64,000 nucleotides of DNA, taken from positions 1-64,000 of the IMG/VR virus record IMGVR_UViG_3300018428_005148; one strand, written 5' to 3'. A model generated the notes under the pieces. It searched no databases, was not told the DNA's origin, and saw nothing but the letters and a program-made list of their open reading frames with translations. This DNA comes from a virus. This document shows, piece by piece, positions 47,605 to 56,235 of the stretch; positions within the stretch are counted from its first letter, which is position 1; each line of letters opens with the position of its first letter. A program made the position numbers and the translations under genes.

Positions 47605-48971
47605 GTGTTCTTGCACTCCTCCCAAAATTCCAACATCTCAGGGAACGTGTTCTCAAAGTTAGTTAAGCGCCTGCGATCGTGTTCGTTAAAAAATGCGTAA
47701 AAGTTCTTTTTCAGAGATGCGCTCGCATCAGCGTTTTCGCGCCAGTAGGCGAGATTGCGTCGCATCTTTTGGATCTCGAAGTCCTTGAATATGTGTAGCC
47801 CGCTCGACTCGCCGGAGTTCTCCTCCATGTATTGTATGTTCGCCTCGTGTATGCTCTGGTACGACTCGGGCAACATGGTTATCTGTTGCCACGCGGGTTG
47901 TCTCAGCAAGGGCACGTCGAACCACACACGCTGGTAGTCCTTTGAATATCTCTTACGCAGGTCCAGTATGCGCTCCAGCAGTTTGTCCATGCTGGTGACA
48001 CTGAGGTTGTTGTAGGTTATGATGAATGTCACTGAATTCCTGTGTGGTATGCGCTCCAGGAACTCCTCCACGTTCGCCATCATGCGATCGAATTCCAGTC
48101 CGTTGCGTATGTACTCCGCCCGCTTGCCGAACGCATCCACGCTGACGAACTGCATCACGTGTTCCACCTTCTGCTGTAGGCATATCTGCTGTAGCATGTT
48201 GAAGTACTTGGTCTTCAACTTGGGGTCCGGTGGACAGAAGTTGCTGGTTATGTTCAGGTGCAGGTCATCCTTGGGGTGATCGATGATGTACTGGAACACT
48301 CTGTAGGTGTTGGGATCCATCATGGGCTCTCCGCCCGTCATCCTGAAGTGCTTGAGGTTCTTGTACAGCGTGGGCCACCATTCCCAGAACGCCTTCACGT
48401 ATGGGTTATCCTCGCGGTTTGGTATGGGACGCCTCCTGCCCTGGAAGTGCTCGGGTGCGTTGTGGGGAGGGGTGGTCGGATATTGGTCATAGCGATCCAC
48501 CTCCTTGCCCCACGTGGTCGAGAACTGTGGTGAACAATAACTGCACTTGAAGTTACAAGCGTGGTTGAAGTTTACCTCCACGTATCTCGGCGTCCAATCC
48601 GCCTTCATTGGATTCTGTCTTATCTGTTCGAAGTCCTGCATGGCCCAAGGTTCACCAGAACGGTAGTGCCTGTCCGACATCTCGCCCGTGTCCTCCAGTT
48701 TCCAGCAGTAACTACAGCCCTTGGGACGCTCGCCCTTCAGCATCTGCTCACGCTGTCGCAGTTTCTCCTTGGTGTTGTGCAGTGCGGCTGGATTGTGTTT
48801 CAGTTGTTCGGCATCTATCTCGTGCAGGGGCGGGTGGTAGCAACTGTTGGTGAGACCCGTGGGCAGATGCAGGCTCACCTGGTTCCACTTGGCCAGGCAC
48901 ATGGTGGGAGAAATCGTCTCCAGTTTGTGCCTTGCGTGTTCCGCCTGTGACTTGTAATCGCTAGTGCTCAC
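47592..48971 (-). CDS. Radical SAM protein with an N-terminal Cys/His domain
   Basis: CLAKW..SCYHP..CSYCW; ACNFKCSYC; GGEP. Confidence 0.9.
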   Translation of the reverse strand: MSTSDYKSQAEHARHKLETISPTMCLAKWNQVSLHLPTGLTNSCYHPPLHEIDAEQLKHNPAALHNTKEKLRQREQMLKGERPKGCSYCWKLEDTGEMSDRHYRSGEPWAMQDFEQIRQNPMKADWTPRYVEVNFNHACNFKCSYCSPQFSTTWGKEVDRYDQYPTTPPHNAPEHFQGRRRPIPNREDNPYVKAFWEWWPTLYKNLKHFRMTGGEPMMDPNTYRVFQYIIDHPKDDLHLNITSNFCPPDPKLKTKYFNMLQQICLQQKVEHVMQFVSVDAFGKRAEYIRNGLEFDRMMANVEEFLERIPHRNSVTFIITYNNLSVTSMDKLLERILDLRKRYSKDYQRVWFDVPLLRQPAWQQITMLPESYQSIHEANIQYMEENSGESSGLHIFKDFEIQKMRRNLAYWRENADASASLKKNFYAFFNEHDRRRLTNFENTFPEMLEFWEECKNTWTT

Positions 48972-49857
48972 GGTCCTGTACTCCTCTGTTCACGTGTGCC
49001 GGCATCACAAACCTGTAGAACCTGCTGTCCGCCTCGTCGAAATCCGCTATGGGCATGTCCAACTGCTGTCGTAGGCTGTTGCCCCACATCTCAAGCTCTC
49101 TGTCTATGTTGGCAGGTTGCACCGCGGAATGGAAATAGTCCGCCATGCTGTTGAGGTCCGTCACGTCGAATTCCTCGTTCTTGTGATCTATCACTGTGTA
49201 GAAACTGCCCATCCTGGCACCCAGCATGGCGAACTTGCCGTGCTCCACGTCGGCACCAACCGTGCACCACGTGGTCAGTATGCGTAGGTTTGTGGGCCAA
49301 ATGGATGAAAAATGTTCTGGTGAAATTGCCTTGCCCTTGTCGGTGCTCATCTTGACTCCCTCACGGAAACCAGCCACAAACGCCTGTTGGGCAGTGCTGT
49401 TTATCACTGTCTCCGAGTAGCAGTTGTGTAGGTTTTCATGGGGTACACCCCAGCAGAAATCTATCCTATTCTTGTCGTCGTCGGCGTTCTCGTGTGTCCT
49501 CATCTCGAGGCAAGTCTTTTTGGGCCATCCCACCACACCACCGTTGCCATACACGAGCCCGTTGACACTGTTCCGGGCACGCCATCTGTGCACCTTATTC
49601 TTGTCTGTCTTTGACCAGTCCAGGGTCTGCAACAGGAAACTCTCGTCCAATATGTTGTCACCGTCTACGCTGATGAAGAAATCAGTTTCCGCCATCTCGG
49701 CGGCCGCCTTGTGTGCCGAGTCGAACCCCACTACCCCGTCCACTCGCTTTGCCCATGGCACCTTGTTCTTGAGGTCGGCCCAGTTCTGTTCCTTGTTCGG
49801 CTCTTTGAAACTGATGTAAACAAAGTCAAGGTCGTTCACTCTCACTTTTTCTGCCAT
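48961..49857 (-). CDS. Glycosyltransferase-like protein (GT-A, DxD)
   Basis: DFVYISFKEP, SAHKAAA, VDGDN, LVYGNGG, AGFREG. Confidence 0.6.
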   Translation of the reverse strand: MAEKVRVNDLDFVYISFKEPNKEQNWADLKNKVPWAKRVDGVVGFDSAHKAAAEMAETDFFISVDGDNILDESFLLQTLDWSKTDKNKVHRWRARNSVNGLVYGNGGVVGWPKKTCLEMRTHENADDDKNRIDFCWGVPHENLHNCYSETVINSTAQQAFVAGFREGVKMSTDKGKAISPEHFSSIWPTNLRILTTWCTVGADVEHGKFAMLGARMGSFYTVIDHKNEEFDVTDLNSMADYFHSAVQPANIDRELEMWGNSLRQQLDMPIADFDEADSRFYRFVMPAHVNRGVQDREH

Positions 49858-50120
49858 GAGTGTCCCCCTTGTACCACGCCGTTGGGCCAATGTATGTCAT
49901 TGTCCTGAAATGCGTAACCTTTCTGTGATTTGACCAGGCAGTTATAGAGAAGTTTTGTGTTGGCTGGCCTATAAACTGCTTTGCCCCCTTCGATTACGTA
50001 GTTGTGCTCTCCCCTCTGTATCGCCAACAACTTCTCTTTCAATGAAACCTCAAATTGTTTGCCTTGCACTGTGACAAAATGTTTTTTGGCAGGACGTGGA
50101 GGTAGCAGGTCAAATTTCAT
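49842..50120 (-). CDS. Hypothetical protein
   Basis: 92 aa tiling ORF. Confidence 0.6.
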   Translation of the reverse strand: MKFDLLPPRPAKKHFVTVQGKQFEVSLKEKLLAIQRGEHNYVIEGGKAVYRPANTKLLYNCLVKSQKGYAFQDNDIHWPNGVVQGGHSWQKK

Positions 50121-50904
50121 GTACTTCTATGTCCTTTTTTACGTAATGCCACGGCCGTGAAACACGTTGCTCACCGAGATACAGGTGTCTTCCTGCCCTG
50201 TTGGGCATGAGATATTTGATGTGATCAGACTGTTTTTCAAGATTGTTCACTGCTGGTTTGTTATGGATGAACTTGAACCATTCGTAGTCTATCAATTTTT
50301 GGCTTGTTGGATCTATTATCCTGTACGCTAGAGCAAACACAACATCTGTGCTTGGAAACTCGTCGTGACAGTTGATCAGCATTGTTTTCCTGACATCTTC
50401 CCAATTTTCTGCCACATAACTTGCAGTATTGAAGAACTTCTGAGCCCAGCGGCTTTTCCTGAAGTACATCAAACCGTTGTAAATGTTTGGCAAGTTGTTC
50501 CTTGCGAAAAGTTTTCTATATGGAGTGTGCTTGACCACCTGGTCCTTGTAATTTCTACAATTGACTGCAAACACCAAATCGTGTTGCCAAAGATGATTCC
50601 ACCACCAATCCGTGTTGCAAGTCCACAGCATGTCACTCTCTAACTTTATGGTATGGGTGAAAGGGCTGAGGGAAAACGCTTTGTATTCATTGGCCCACTT
50701 GATCTTGTGGTTCTCACTGCTGTCTTTTTTAAGTATCTTTACGTAGTCAACTGCATCGTGCGTGAACTTGCTGTGTTCGTCAGTGACTACGCATATCTGG
50801 TTTTCCTTGTTCCATGACTTGATGCTTTCGGCCAATCTGATACTAATCTCCACGTAGTTGGTCTTGTCATTGTTCTGTGCGAACCATAGGAAACCTTTAG
50901 ACAT
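50110..50904 (-). CDS. GT8-like glycosyltransferase
   Basis: LAESIK..ICVVTD, SPF..TIKLESDM, STDVVFAL, H.KP. Confidence 0.6.
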   Translation of the reverse strand: MSKGFLWFAQNNDKTNYVEISIRLAESIKSWNKENQICVVTDEHSKFTHDAVDYVKILKKDSSENHKIKWANEYKAFSLSPFTHTIKLESDMLWTCNTDWWWNHLWQHDLVFAVNCRNYKDQVVKHTPYRKLFARNNLPNIYNGLMYFRKSRWAQKFFNTASYVAENWEDVRKTMLINCHDEFPSTDVVFALAYRIIDPTSQKLIDYEWFKFIHNKPAVNNLEKQSDHIKYLMPNRAGRHLYLGEQRVSRPWHYVKKDIEVHEI

Positions 50905-51643
50905 CGATCTCCTTGTTGAGCACATGCACGTCTTGGTCCTCCGTGAACATTACCTGGTCATCATATTTCCACGACAATCCTCTGTCACCTATTTCAAGCA
51001 CCTTGCAATCTGGTGGAAGAGTTGGCAATGATATTGGCATGGTGTCATACGTCATAAAACCATTGGCGTGTTGCAGAGCTATTGCAAATGCGTAGTCGTT
51101 ACGAAAGTTCAAGGCCCTTACCCTGTAAAGTTTATTGAAGTGTGCATAGTATTTTTTTACATACTTCACCATGTCGAATATCCTTTTTGCTTTCTCAGTC
51201 TTTCTAAAAATTATAACAGTTGCCCAGACCATATCAATCACGCTGAAACGTGCATGGTCAAAACTGTTTCTTCCTGATAGGTCGTACGCTTCTTTCGACA
51301 CAAGGAAGTCATAGCCTGTGTCCATAAGTTGTCTCAGGTTGTCAGTGAAAGGGAAGTAGTCTATGTCGATCAATAGTGTGCAATCATACGGTGAAAGTTC
51401 ATAGGCCATGTGCCTATCAAGGTTTCGCCATTCTTTTTTGTTCTTCGTGTTGCCCAGTTCGGGGTCGATTAATTTATAATTAACGAATCCCAATGGCTTA
51501 ATCATCTTGAAGGTTTGCAGGTCAGTCACTACTGTGACATCCAGGCCAAGATTTTTCTTTACAAGTGCAACACATGTCTCCAACACCCTGTGGTATTTGG
51601 TGTCTGCCGTGTCAAAACAGAATAAAAGTACACCCTTCTGCAT
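50897..51643 (-). CDS. GT8-like glycosyltransferase
   Basis: VTVVTD, LSPYD.TLLIDIDY (DxD), RNDYAFAIA, HVLNK. Confidence 0.65.
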   Translation of the reverse strand: MQKGVLLFCFDTADTKYHRVLETCVALVKKNLGLDVTVVTDLQTFKMIKPLGFVNYKLIDPELGNTKNKKEWRNLDRHMAYELSPYDCTLLIDIDYFPFTDNLRQLMDTGYDFLVSKEAYDLSGRNSFDHARFSVIDMVWATVIIFRKTEKAKRIFDMVKYVKKYYAHFNKLYRVRALNFRNDYAFAIALQHANGFMTYDTMPISLPTLPPDCKVLEIGDRGLSWKYDDQVMFTEDQDVHVLNKEIDV

Positions 51644-51960
51644 CAGTCACTCCGCTTCTCAAATGTTTTAGACATCTGATGATACGAACTGATTGCTTCT
51701 TGGTTCCTCTCAGTCAACTTTTTGAGAAATTGCTCTGGATCTTTGATCTCAACAGGATTGTTATTCGAGTCAAGCACAAAAAACTGGTCGTGATCATCTG
51801 CAAGAGTCTTGACCAGGCAGATTGTTTCTGCGTCTGCTTTGAATATGTGTTCGTTGTATACAACTATCATCCGCGAGTGTGCCTTCTCCAGAGCGTTGCG
51901 TTTGGCAACCGCTATGTTGTATGAAAGATCAGATTGTTTTTTTAGTTCGCCAATATCCAT
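51643..51960 (-). CDS. Hypothetical protein, first gene of the tailoring cluster
   Basis: Start re-assigned to ATG 51960 (MDIGEL), 6 nt after a -10 box. Confidence 0.65.
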   Translation of the reverse strand: MDIGELKKQSDLSYNIAVAKRNALEKAHSRMIVVYNEHIFKADAETICLVKTLADDHDQFFVLDSNNNPVEIKDPEQFLKKLTERNQEAISSYHQMSKTFEKRSD

Positions 51961-51966
51961 GCCACA

Positions 51967-51995
51967 ATTATACAATAATTATGGTGGTAAAACAA
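51967..51995 (-). promoter_or_regulatory. Sigma70-like promoter TTGTTT-17-TATAAT
   Basis: On the - strand; -10 at 51972-51967, 6 nt before ATG 51960. Confidence 0.65.
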
Positions 51996-52008
51996 CCTGG
52001 TAAAATTA

Positions 52009-52971
52009 TTATACTATTGTGTTAGATACCGTGTCTGTTGAACTCGGCGCCAGTCCTGTGCCCAATCCCTGTGATGTGTCTGGATCTATCGAGAACAGAG
52101 TGGTCACCATCTTAGGTGTGTTCTTGACGTCTGCGGGAACGCTCTGAGTGTTGCCTGACGTGAACCCAGTATCATTCGCCGGGTCCGTGGCCACCATCTT
52201 GATGGTCATGGTCACTGATGAGTCAACTGCCGCGTCCAGTTTGGCAGATATCTCCACCGTGTTTGACGTGTAGTCGGAGTTGTCTGAAGTCAGTTTCAAT
52301 AATGCAGTGTATGAAGTTCCTAAATCACGGAAACCGTTCGCCAGACCGTCCGTGGTTAAAGTCTCGCCTGATCCCGATCTCGTGGTTGCCAAAGATGCGA
52401 TGTCTAGGTTACCGATCGCTGTGCCTAAATCTGAGAATGCTGTGTCTTTGTCACTTGTAGAAGCGGCCGTTATGCCCACTGTCACTCTCAATTTTCCACC
52501 TGCATTGAAAAAATGTCTCATCGCGTCCGCACTTGCGAACGTGGCGGAAACTTCCTGAGTGGCGGACGTGTCCCAGCCCTCTGAGGCCGTGGTCACTGTC
52601 TGTAGTGCCGATGAAGTTGTAAGTGCTGTCGCCGATGTTGAACCGCCGGCTACTGAAGTTGCTAGAGTGGCAAGGTCTGTTGCCACAGCGGCTTTGATTG
52701 CTATCGTGTCGCCTGCTGAAACCTGTGTCCTTGATGTGATTGTGTCGTTTGTGTGATTAGCGATGTTGTCAATTCCTGTTAGTAGACTGTTCCATTGTGC
52801 GGCAGTGATTGTACTGCTACCGCCCGACACTGTTGCTATTTCTGTTTGGCCAAGTCCGTATTCTCCAGCACCTGTTCCAGCAATGTGATTATATCCGTAA
52901 GGACTCGTACTGCTGTTAACAAAAGTATTATATTCTGTTGCTAGAATTTTATCACCTGCTGTATATGCCAT
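52009..52971 (-). CDS. Ser/Thr-rich virion structural protein (tail/baseplate)
   Basis: MAY start, GYGQ-like and HFFNAGG motifs, position next to the fibre genes. Confidence 0.65.
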   Translation of the reverse strand: MAYTAGDKILATEYNTFVNSSTSPYGYNHIAGTGAGEYGLGQTEIATVSGGSSTITAAQWNSLLTGIDNIANHTNDTITSRTQVSAGDTIAIKAAVATDLATLATSVAGGSTSATALTTSSALQTVTTASEGWDTSATQEVSATFASADAMRHFFNAGGKLRVTVGITAASTSDKDTAFSDLGTAIGNLDIASLATTRSGSGETLTTDGLANGFRDLGTSYTALLKLTSDNSDYTSNTVEISAKLDAAVDSSVTMTIKMVATDPANDTGFTSGNTQSVPADVKNTPKMVTTLFSIDPDTSQGLGTGLAPSSTDTVSNTIV

Positions 52972-52974
52972 AAT

Positions 52975-54627
52975 CTATTTCACTCCTATCACGCACTCTG
53001 TAAGTGCTGTTTCTTTGCTGTATTTAGCCTTAATCAGTCGACCTATGGTGTTAAAAGCGGTGCACTCATCTAATTCAACCACCATTGCCTCTCCGTTTCC
53101 GGCAGAAACAAGCCTGCTTCCAGCGGCGCCTGTGCCAGTTACTTTGACAAAAACCCTGCCTTTTAAGGCTATCATGGGGTGTGTGCTGTCGTCACCTGCC
53201 TGTGCGTTCATTAGCACAGCGGGTTTTTCAGATACGACACCAAAAACCTTGTCCGACAGTGCTTCGTCACAGCGTGTAATTTCTTCTTGGCCACCCAATA
53301 TTACTACATCTCCTTTTTCTAATGGCATGTCTGTGGCATATCTTTCCGCCAAATCCGCATACTGGGCCGATGTTGACGTTGCATGTACCACGTTTGCTCT
53401 GATATCCACCAACGTTGGTGCTTCCAATTCTGTGTCTGTCTCAGAACTCTTGAACGCTGTCCAGGCACCTCCAGCGTTTCCATGGATAGTGGTACCATCA
53501 TCAGCAAAAGTTTCATCCCATACCCAATATAAATTTTGTTCTGTAGGGGACGATGACTCTCCCCTGTTGACTTTGAGTCCGGTGTAGTTTGGCATACCCG
53601 CATTTGATGATATATTCCTGTTAAGTTCGATGATGTTGTCCTCAATGGTCATTGTGGTTGTGTTGAAAATCGTCTGTGTGCCTTTGACCTGTAGATTTCC
53701 GTTAACCGTTAGGTCATTTATCGCTGTGTCACTGAATATAACCCTACCTGTGCTTCCTTGGATTGTTATAGGCGTTTTTGTTATTCCGCCATCATCAACC
53801 GTAAACAAGATGTCCTTGTCTTGAGTGGTCTGTGCGATAGTGAAGTTATCACTTGACAGTGTCATTGTGACGTCATTACCAGCACCGATTCTCAAACCAT
53901 CGTCGGTCTGTACGCTTAATCGACCTGTAGTTGTGTCAGCGGTGTCGGACCTCAGATAGTTTGCGGCGGCAACTCCACCTAATGCGTCTGAATCTGTTGC
54001 TGTGCCTCTGAACTTTGCGGATGAAACTGTTGATGATAGTTGTAGTCCTTGTGCCACTGTAGAAAATCCTGCTGTGATAAGTGCGGCACCAAGAGTTTCA
54101 GTAGAGCTGGGAGTGAATGCTACGTTAGATACAACTCCCACCACTGTATCATTAGTAACTAATTTTAAAATTGATTGCTTGACGCCCGTGTTGTCCTCCG
54201 GCGTCTCCGTGATTACCTGAGTAACGCCCGATCCAGCCACAGTCGTTGGACCTATTAAGGTCCATGCAGTTCCAGTGTAAACATAGAGCTGGGTGTTTGA
54301 AGTATCAAACCACATGTCGCCTTGGACTGCGTTCGAAGGCTGACTTGCAGAGTTTGTTGGACCACCGGCAGGTTTCCATTTGTCACCTGTCCAGACATTA
54401 ATTCTTTTATTCGTCTTGTCAAACCAAAGTTGTCCTTGTTGTTTGTTGCTGGGTGCTGACGTGTTGTTGAAATTTTCTAGTAATTTTAAAAAGTTTTCGT
54501 TTAATTTTTCTCCAAAACCTGCGTATCCTTTTCCGATGAGTGTAAGATCAGTAGTTGCAGTGTCTATGGTACCATCTGCAAGTGTGACCAGTAAGGTTCC
54601 AAATGTGTTGTTGATCTTATATGCCAT
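52975..54627 (-). CDS. Tail fibre/spike with a C-terminal intramolecular chaperone (peptidase G2-like)
   Basis: N-terminal GKGYAGFGE.LNENF.KLLENF..GQLW anchor; C-terminal AQYADLAE..GVVS..P..LKGRV.VK. Confidence 0.75.
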   Translation of the reverse strand: MAYKINNTFGTLLVTLADGTIDTATTDLTLIGKGYAGFGEKLNENFLKLLENFNNTSAPSNKQQGQLWFDKTNKRINVWTGDKWKPAGGPTNSASQPSNAVQGDMWFDTSNTQLYVYTGTAWTLIGPTTVAGSGVTQVITETPEDNTGVKQSILKLVTNDTVVGVVSNVAFTPSSTETLGAALITAGFSTVAQGLQLSSTVSSAKFRGTATDSDALGGVAAANYLRSDTADTTTGRLSVQTDDGLRIGAGNDVTMTLSSDNFTIAQTTQDKDILFTVDDGGITKTPITIQGSTGRVIFSDTAINDLTVNGNLQVKGTQTIFNTTTMTIEDNIIELNRNISSNAGMPNYTGLKVNRGESSSPTEQNLYWVWDETFADDGTTIHGNAGGAWTAFKSSETDTELEAPTLVDIRANVVHATSTSAQYADLAERYATDMPLEKGDVVILGGQEEITRCDEALSDKVFGVVSEKPAVLMNAQAGDDSTHPMIALKGRVFVKVTGTGAAGSRLVSAGNGEAMVVELDECTAFNTIGRLIKAKYSKETALTECVIGVK

Positions 54628-54630
54628 TCT

Positions 54631-54807
54631 TTAGTTAGATCCGTTGTCTCTTACATTGACCAAGAAACTCACATCTCCTAAAAGTTTGATTAATATCTCT
54701 GCTACTTCAGGATTCATCTTTTGATCGATCTTTGCTATCTCTTCTTCGGTCAAAAGCGATGTTGCGTTAGCGTTGATGTAATCTGCTACTTCTTGTTTTG
54801 TTGCCAT
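54631..54807 (-). CDS. 58-aa hypothetical protein (not in ORF track)
   Basis: MATKQEVADYINANATSLL...; SD AGGAG; TAAATA box at 54830-54825. Confidence 0.6.
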   Translation of the reverse strand: MATKQEVADYINANATSLLTEEEIAKIDQKMNPEVAEILIKLLGDVSFLVNVRDNGSN

Positions 54808-54827
54808 TTTTACTCCTATGTGTGTAT

Positions 54828-56231
54828 TTAACTGTTTTGTGGATCATAAATTTGAAGCCATTTTGTGAATCGTTTTTCCACAAAAGGTCTCACAATTAAA
54901 CCCACTGTCCAACAGAAACTTTCTCCAATTAATCTTGTTATGATGCCGAGAGCATCTCTTTTCTTGCTGACTCCCATCGCATAGGCAAGTTCATTGGCAC
55001 GTGCCTGTGCGAGTGCTCTAATTACCTTGATCACTAGTCTGCCAAATTTGCTACCCTTTTTATCTGCATTGGTCATGTATTCTACCAATGGCACTGCCCA
55101 GAACCAATATCCTATCTTGGTGTTCCGAGAAATATACTTCACGCTGTATTCTGTATCAACCGCTAGGTCTTTGGCAGAGAAAAGTCCACGTTCCTGTAAC
55201 CAAGTACAGATCACACGTCCTCCACCGCCTCCGCCACCAGAGCCTGGTGTTCCTGAGCTAGAACCACCTGCGTTGTCGCCGAAACCGGCCGCTGTCTCTG
55301 TGAATTCTACGCCGGAATTGAACAATGCTTTCCACACACCACCTACCTTCACGTAGCCTGCTGTCACTCTCTTCCATGTGCCTGATACCTTGTAATACAT
55401 ATCAGTGACGCTTTTCCACGCACCTGAAACTTTATAATTTGCTTGTACACCAATATTAAAGACAACTACTGCCTTTCCGTTGCCTCCCGATGAACCTGGA
55501 TTGCCTCCAACTGCTACACCCGACGAATAGTAGGCATCTCCACTACCCCCAGGGGTAACTCCAGATCCGTTGTCCTCTGTGCCCGATCCTGTGTAGTTTG
55601 AACCTGATCGTCCACCCGTTCCGCCATTGTCACCTGAACCACCGTTACCACCTGTACCGCCATCGACTCCTCCGCCTCCGGCACCTCCTCCCGCTCCGTC
55701 TCCAGAGTGGTCTGCACCGTTCTCTCCGAGAGTGCCTGGTGAGTTGGCTGTTGGTGAATTGGTGTTTATACCTGCTGTGCCGTTTGATCCTTTCCCTGCG
55801 CCGGCTCCTCCGCCGCCGCCTCCGGCCACTGCTTTGTGTTCTCCGTCGATCAAGACTGCCGTTGCGCCACCACCGCCACCTCCTGATCCTGAGTATGGTG
55901 TTGGCCCAGCGTTTCCGCCTCGTCCGCCTGAATATCCTGTTATGCTTTTTCCGTTTCTTCCGCCAGCGGCACCACCACCCGATGAGCCACCTGCTCCGCC
56001 TCCACCAACTGCTACCTCTATGGTTTTTCCTGCGTCAGATGATGCGATGTTGATGTTCGTTTCTGTTACATAGTGTCCCGCGGCACCCGTTCCTCCCGGG
56101 CCTCCCGCGTCAGAACCTCCACCACCACCTGCTCCGCCCCATAGGTGTACGTTGATAGATGTTGTCCCTGCCGGAACAATGGCTTGCTGAAGTGTGCCTG
56201 TGTAGAGAAATGTCTTAACGACTGTGGCCAT
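54828..56231 (-). CDS. Glycine-rich tail adhesin-like protein
   Basis: Many GGGG loops, three KVxGxWK repeats, C-terminal GGRVICT domain. Confidence 0.6.
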   Translation of the reverse strand: MATVVKTFLYTGTLQQAIVPAGTTSINVHLWGGAGGGGGSDAGGPGGTGAAGHYVTETNINIASSDAGKTIEVAVGGGGAGGSSGGGAAGGRNGKSITGYSGGRGGNAGPTPYSGSGGGGGGATAVLIDGEHKAVAGGGGGGAGAGKGSNGTAGINTNSPTANSPGTLGENGADHSGDGAGGGAGGGGVDGGTGGNGGSGDNGGTGGRSGSNYTGSGTEDNGSGVTPGGSGDAYYSSGVAVGGNPGSSGGNGKAVVVFNIGVQANYKVSGAWKSVTDMYYKVSGTWKRVTAGYVKVGGVWKALFNSGVEFTETAAGFGDNAGGSSSGTPGSGGGGGGGRVICTWLQERGLFSAKDLAVDTEYSVKYISRNTKIGYWFWAVPLVEYMTNADKKGSKFGRLVIKVIRALAQARANELAYAMGVSKKRDALGIITRLIGESFCWTVGLIVRPFVEKRFTKWLQIYDPQNS

Positions 56232-56235
56232 GGGA

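Noticed and set aside
42420-48971. RiPP cluster with a precursor peptide
   Set aside because: No leader/core-like peptide, PqqD/RRE domain or peptidase-transporter seen; neighbours are sugar enzymes. Not fully excluded for the 34-aa and 55-aa peptides.
55200-56150. GC-rich CCN repeats as VNTR, CRISPR or DGR elements
   Set aside because: Fully explained by glycine codons on the - strand; no spacer-repeat structure and no reverse transcriptase.
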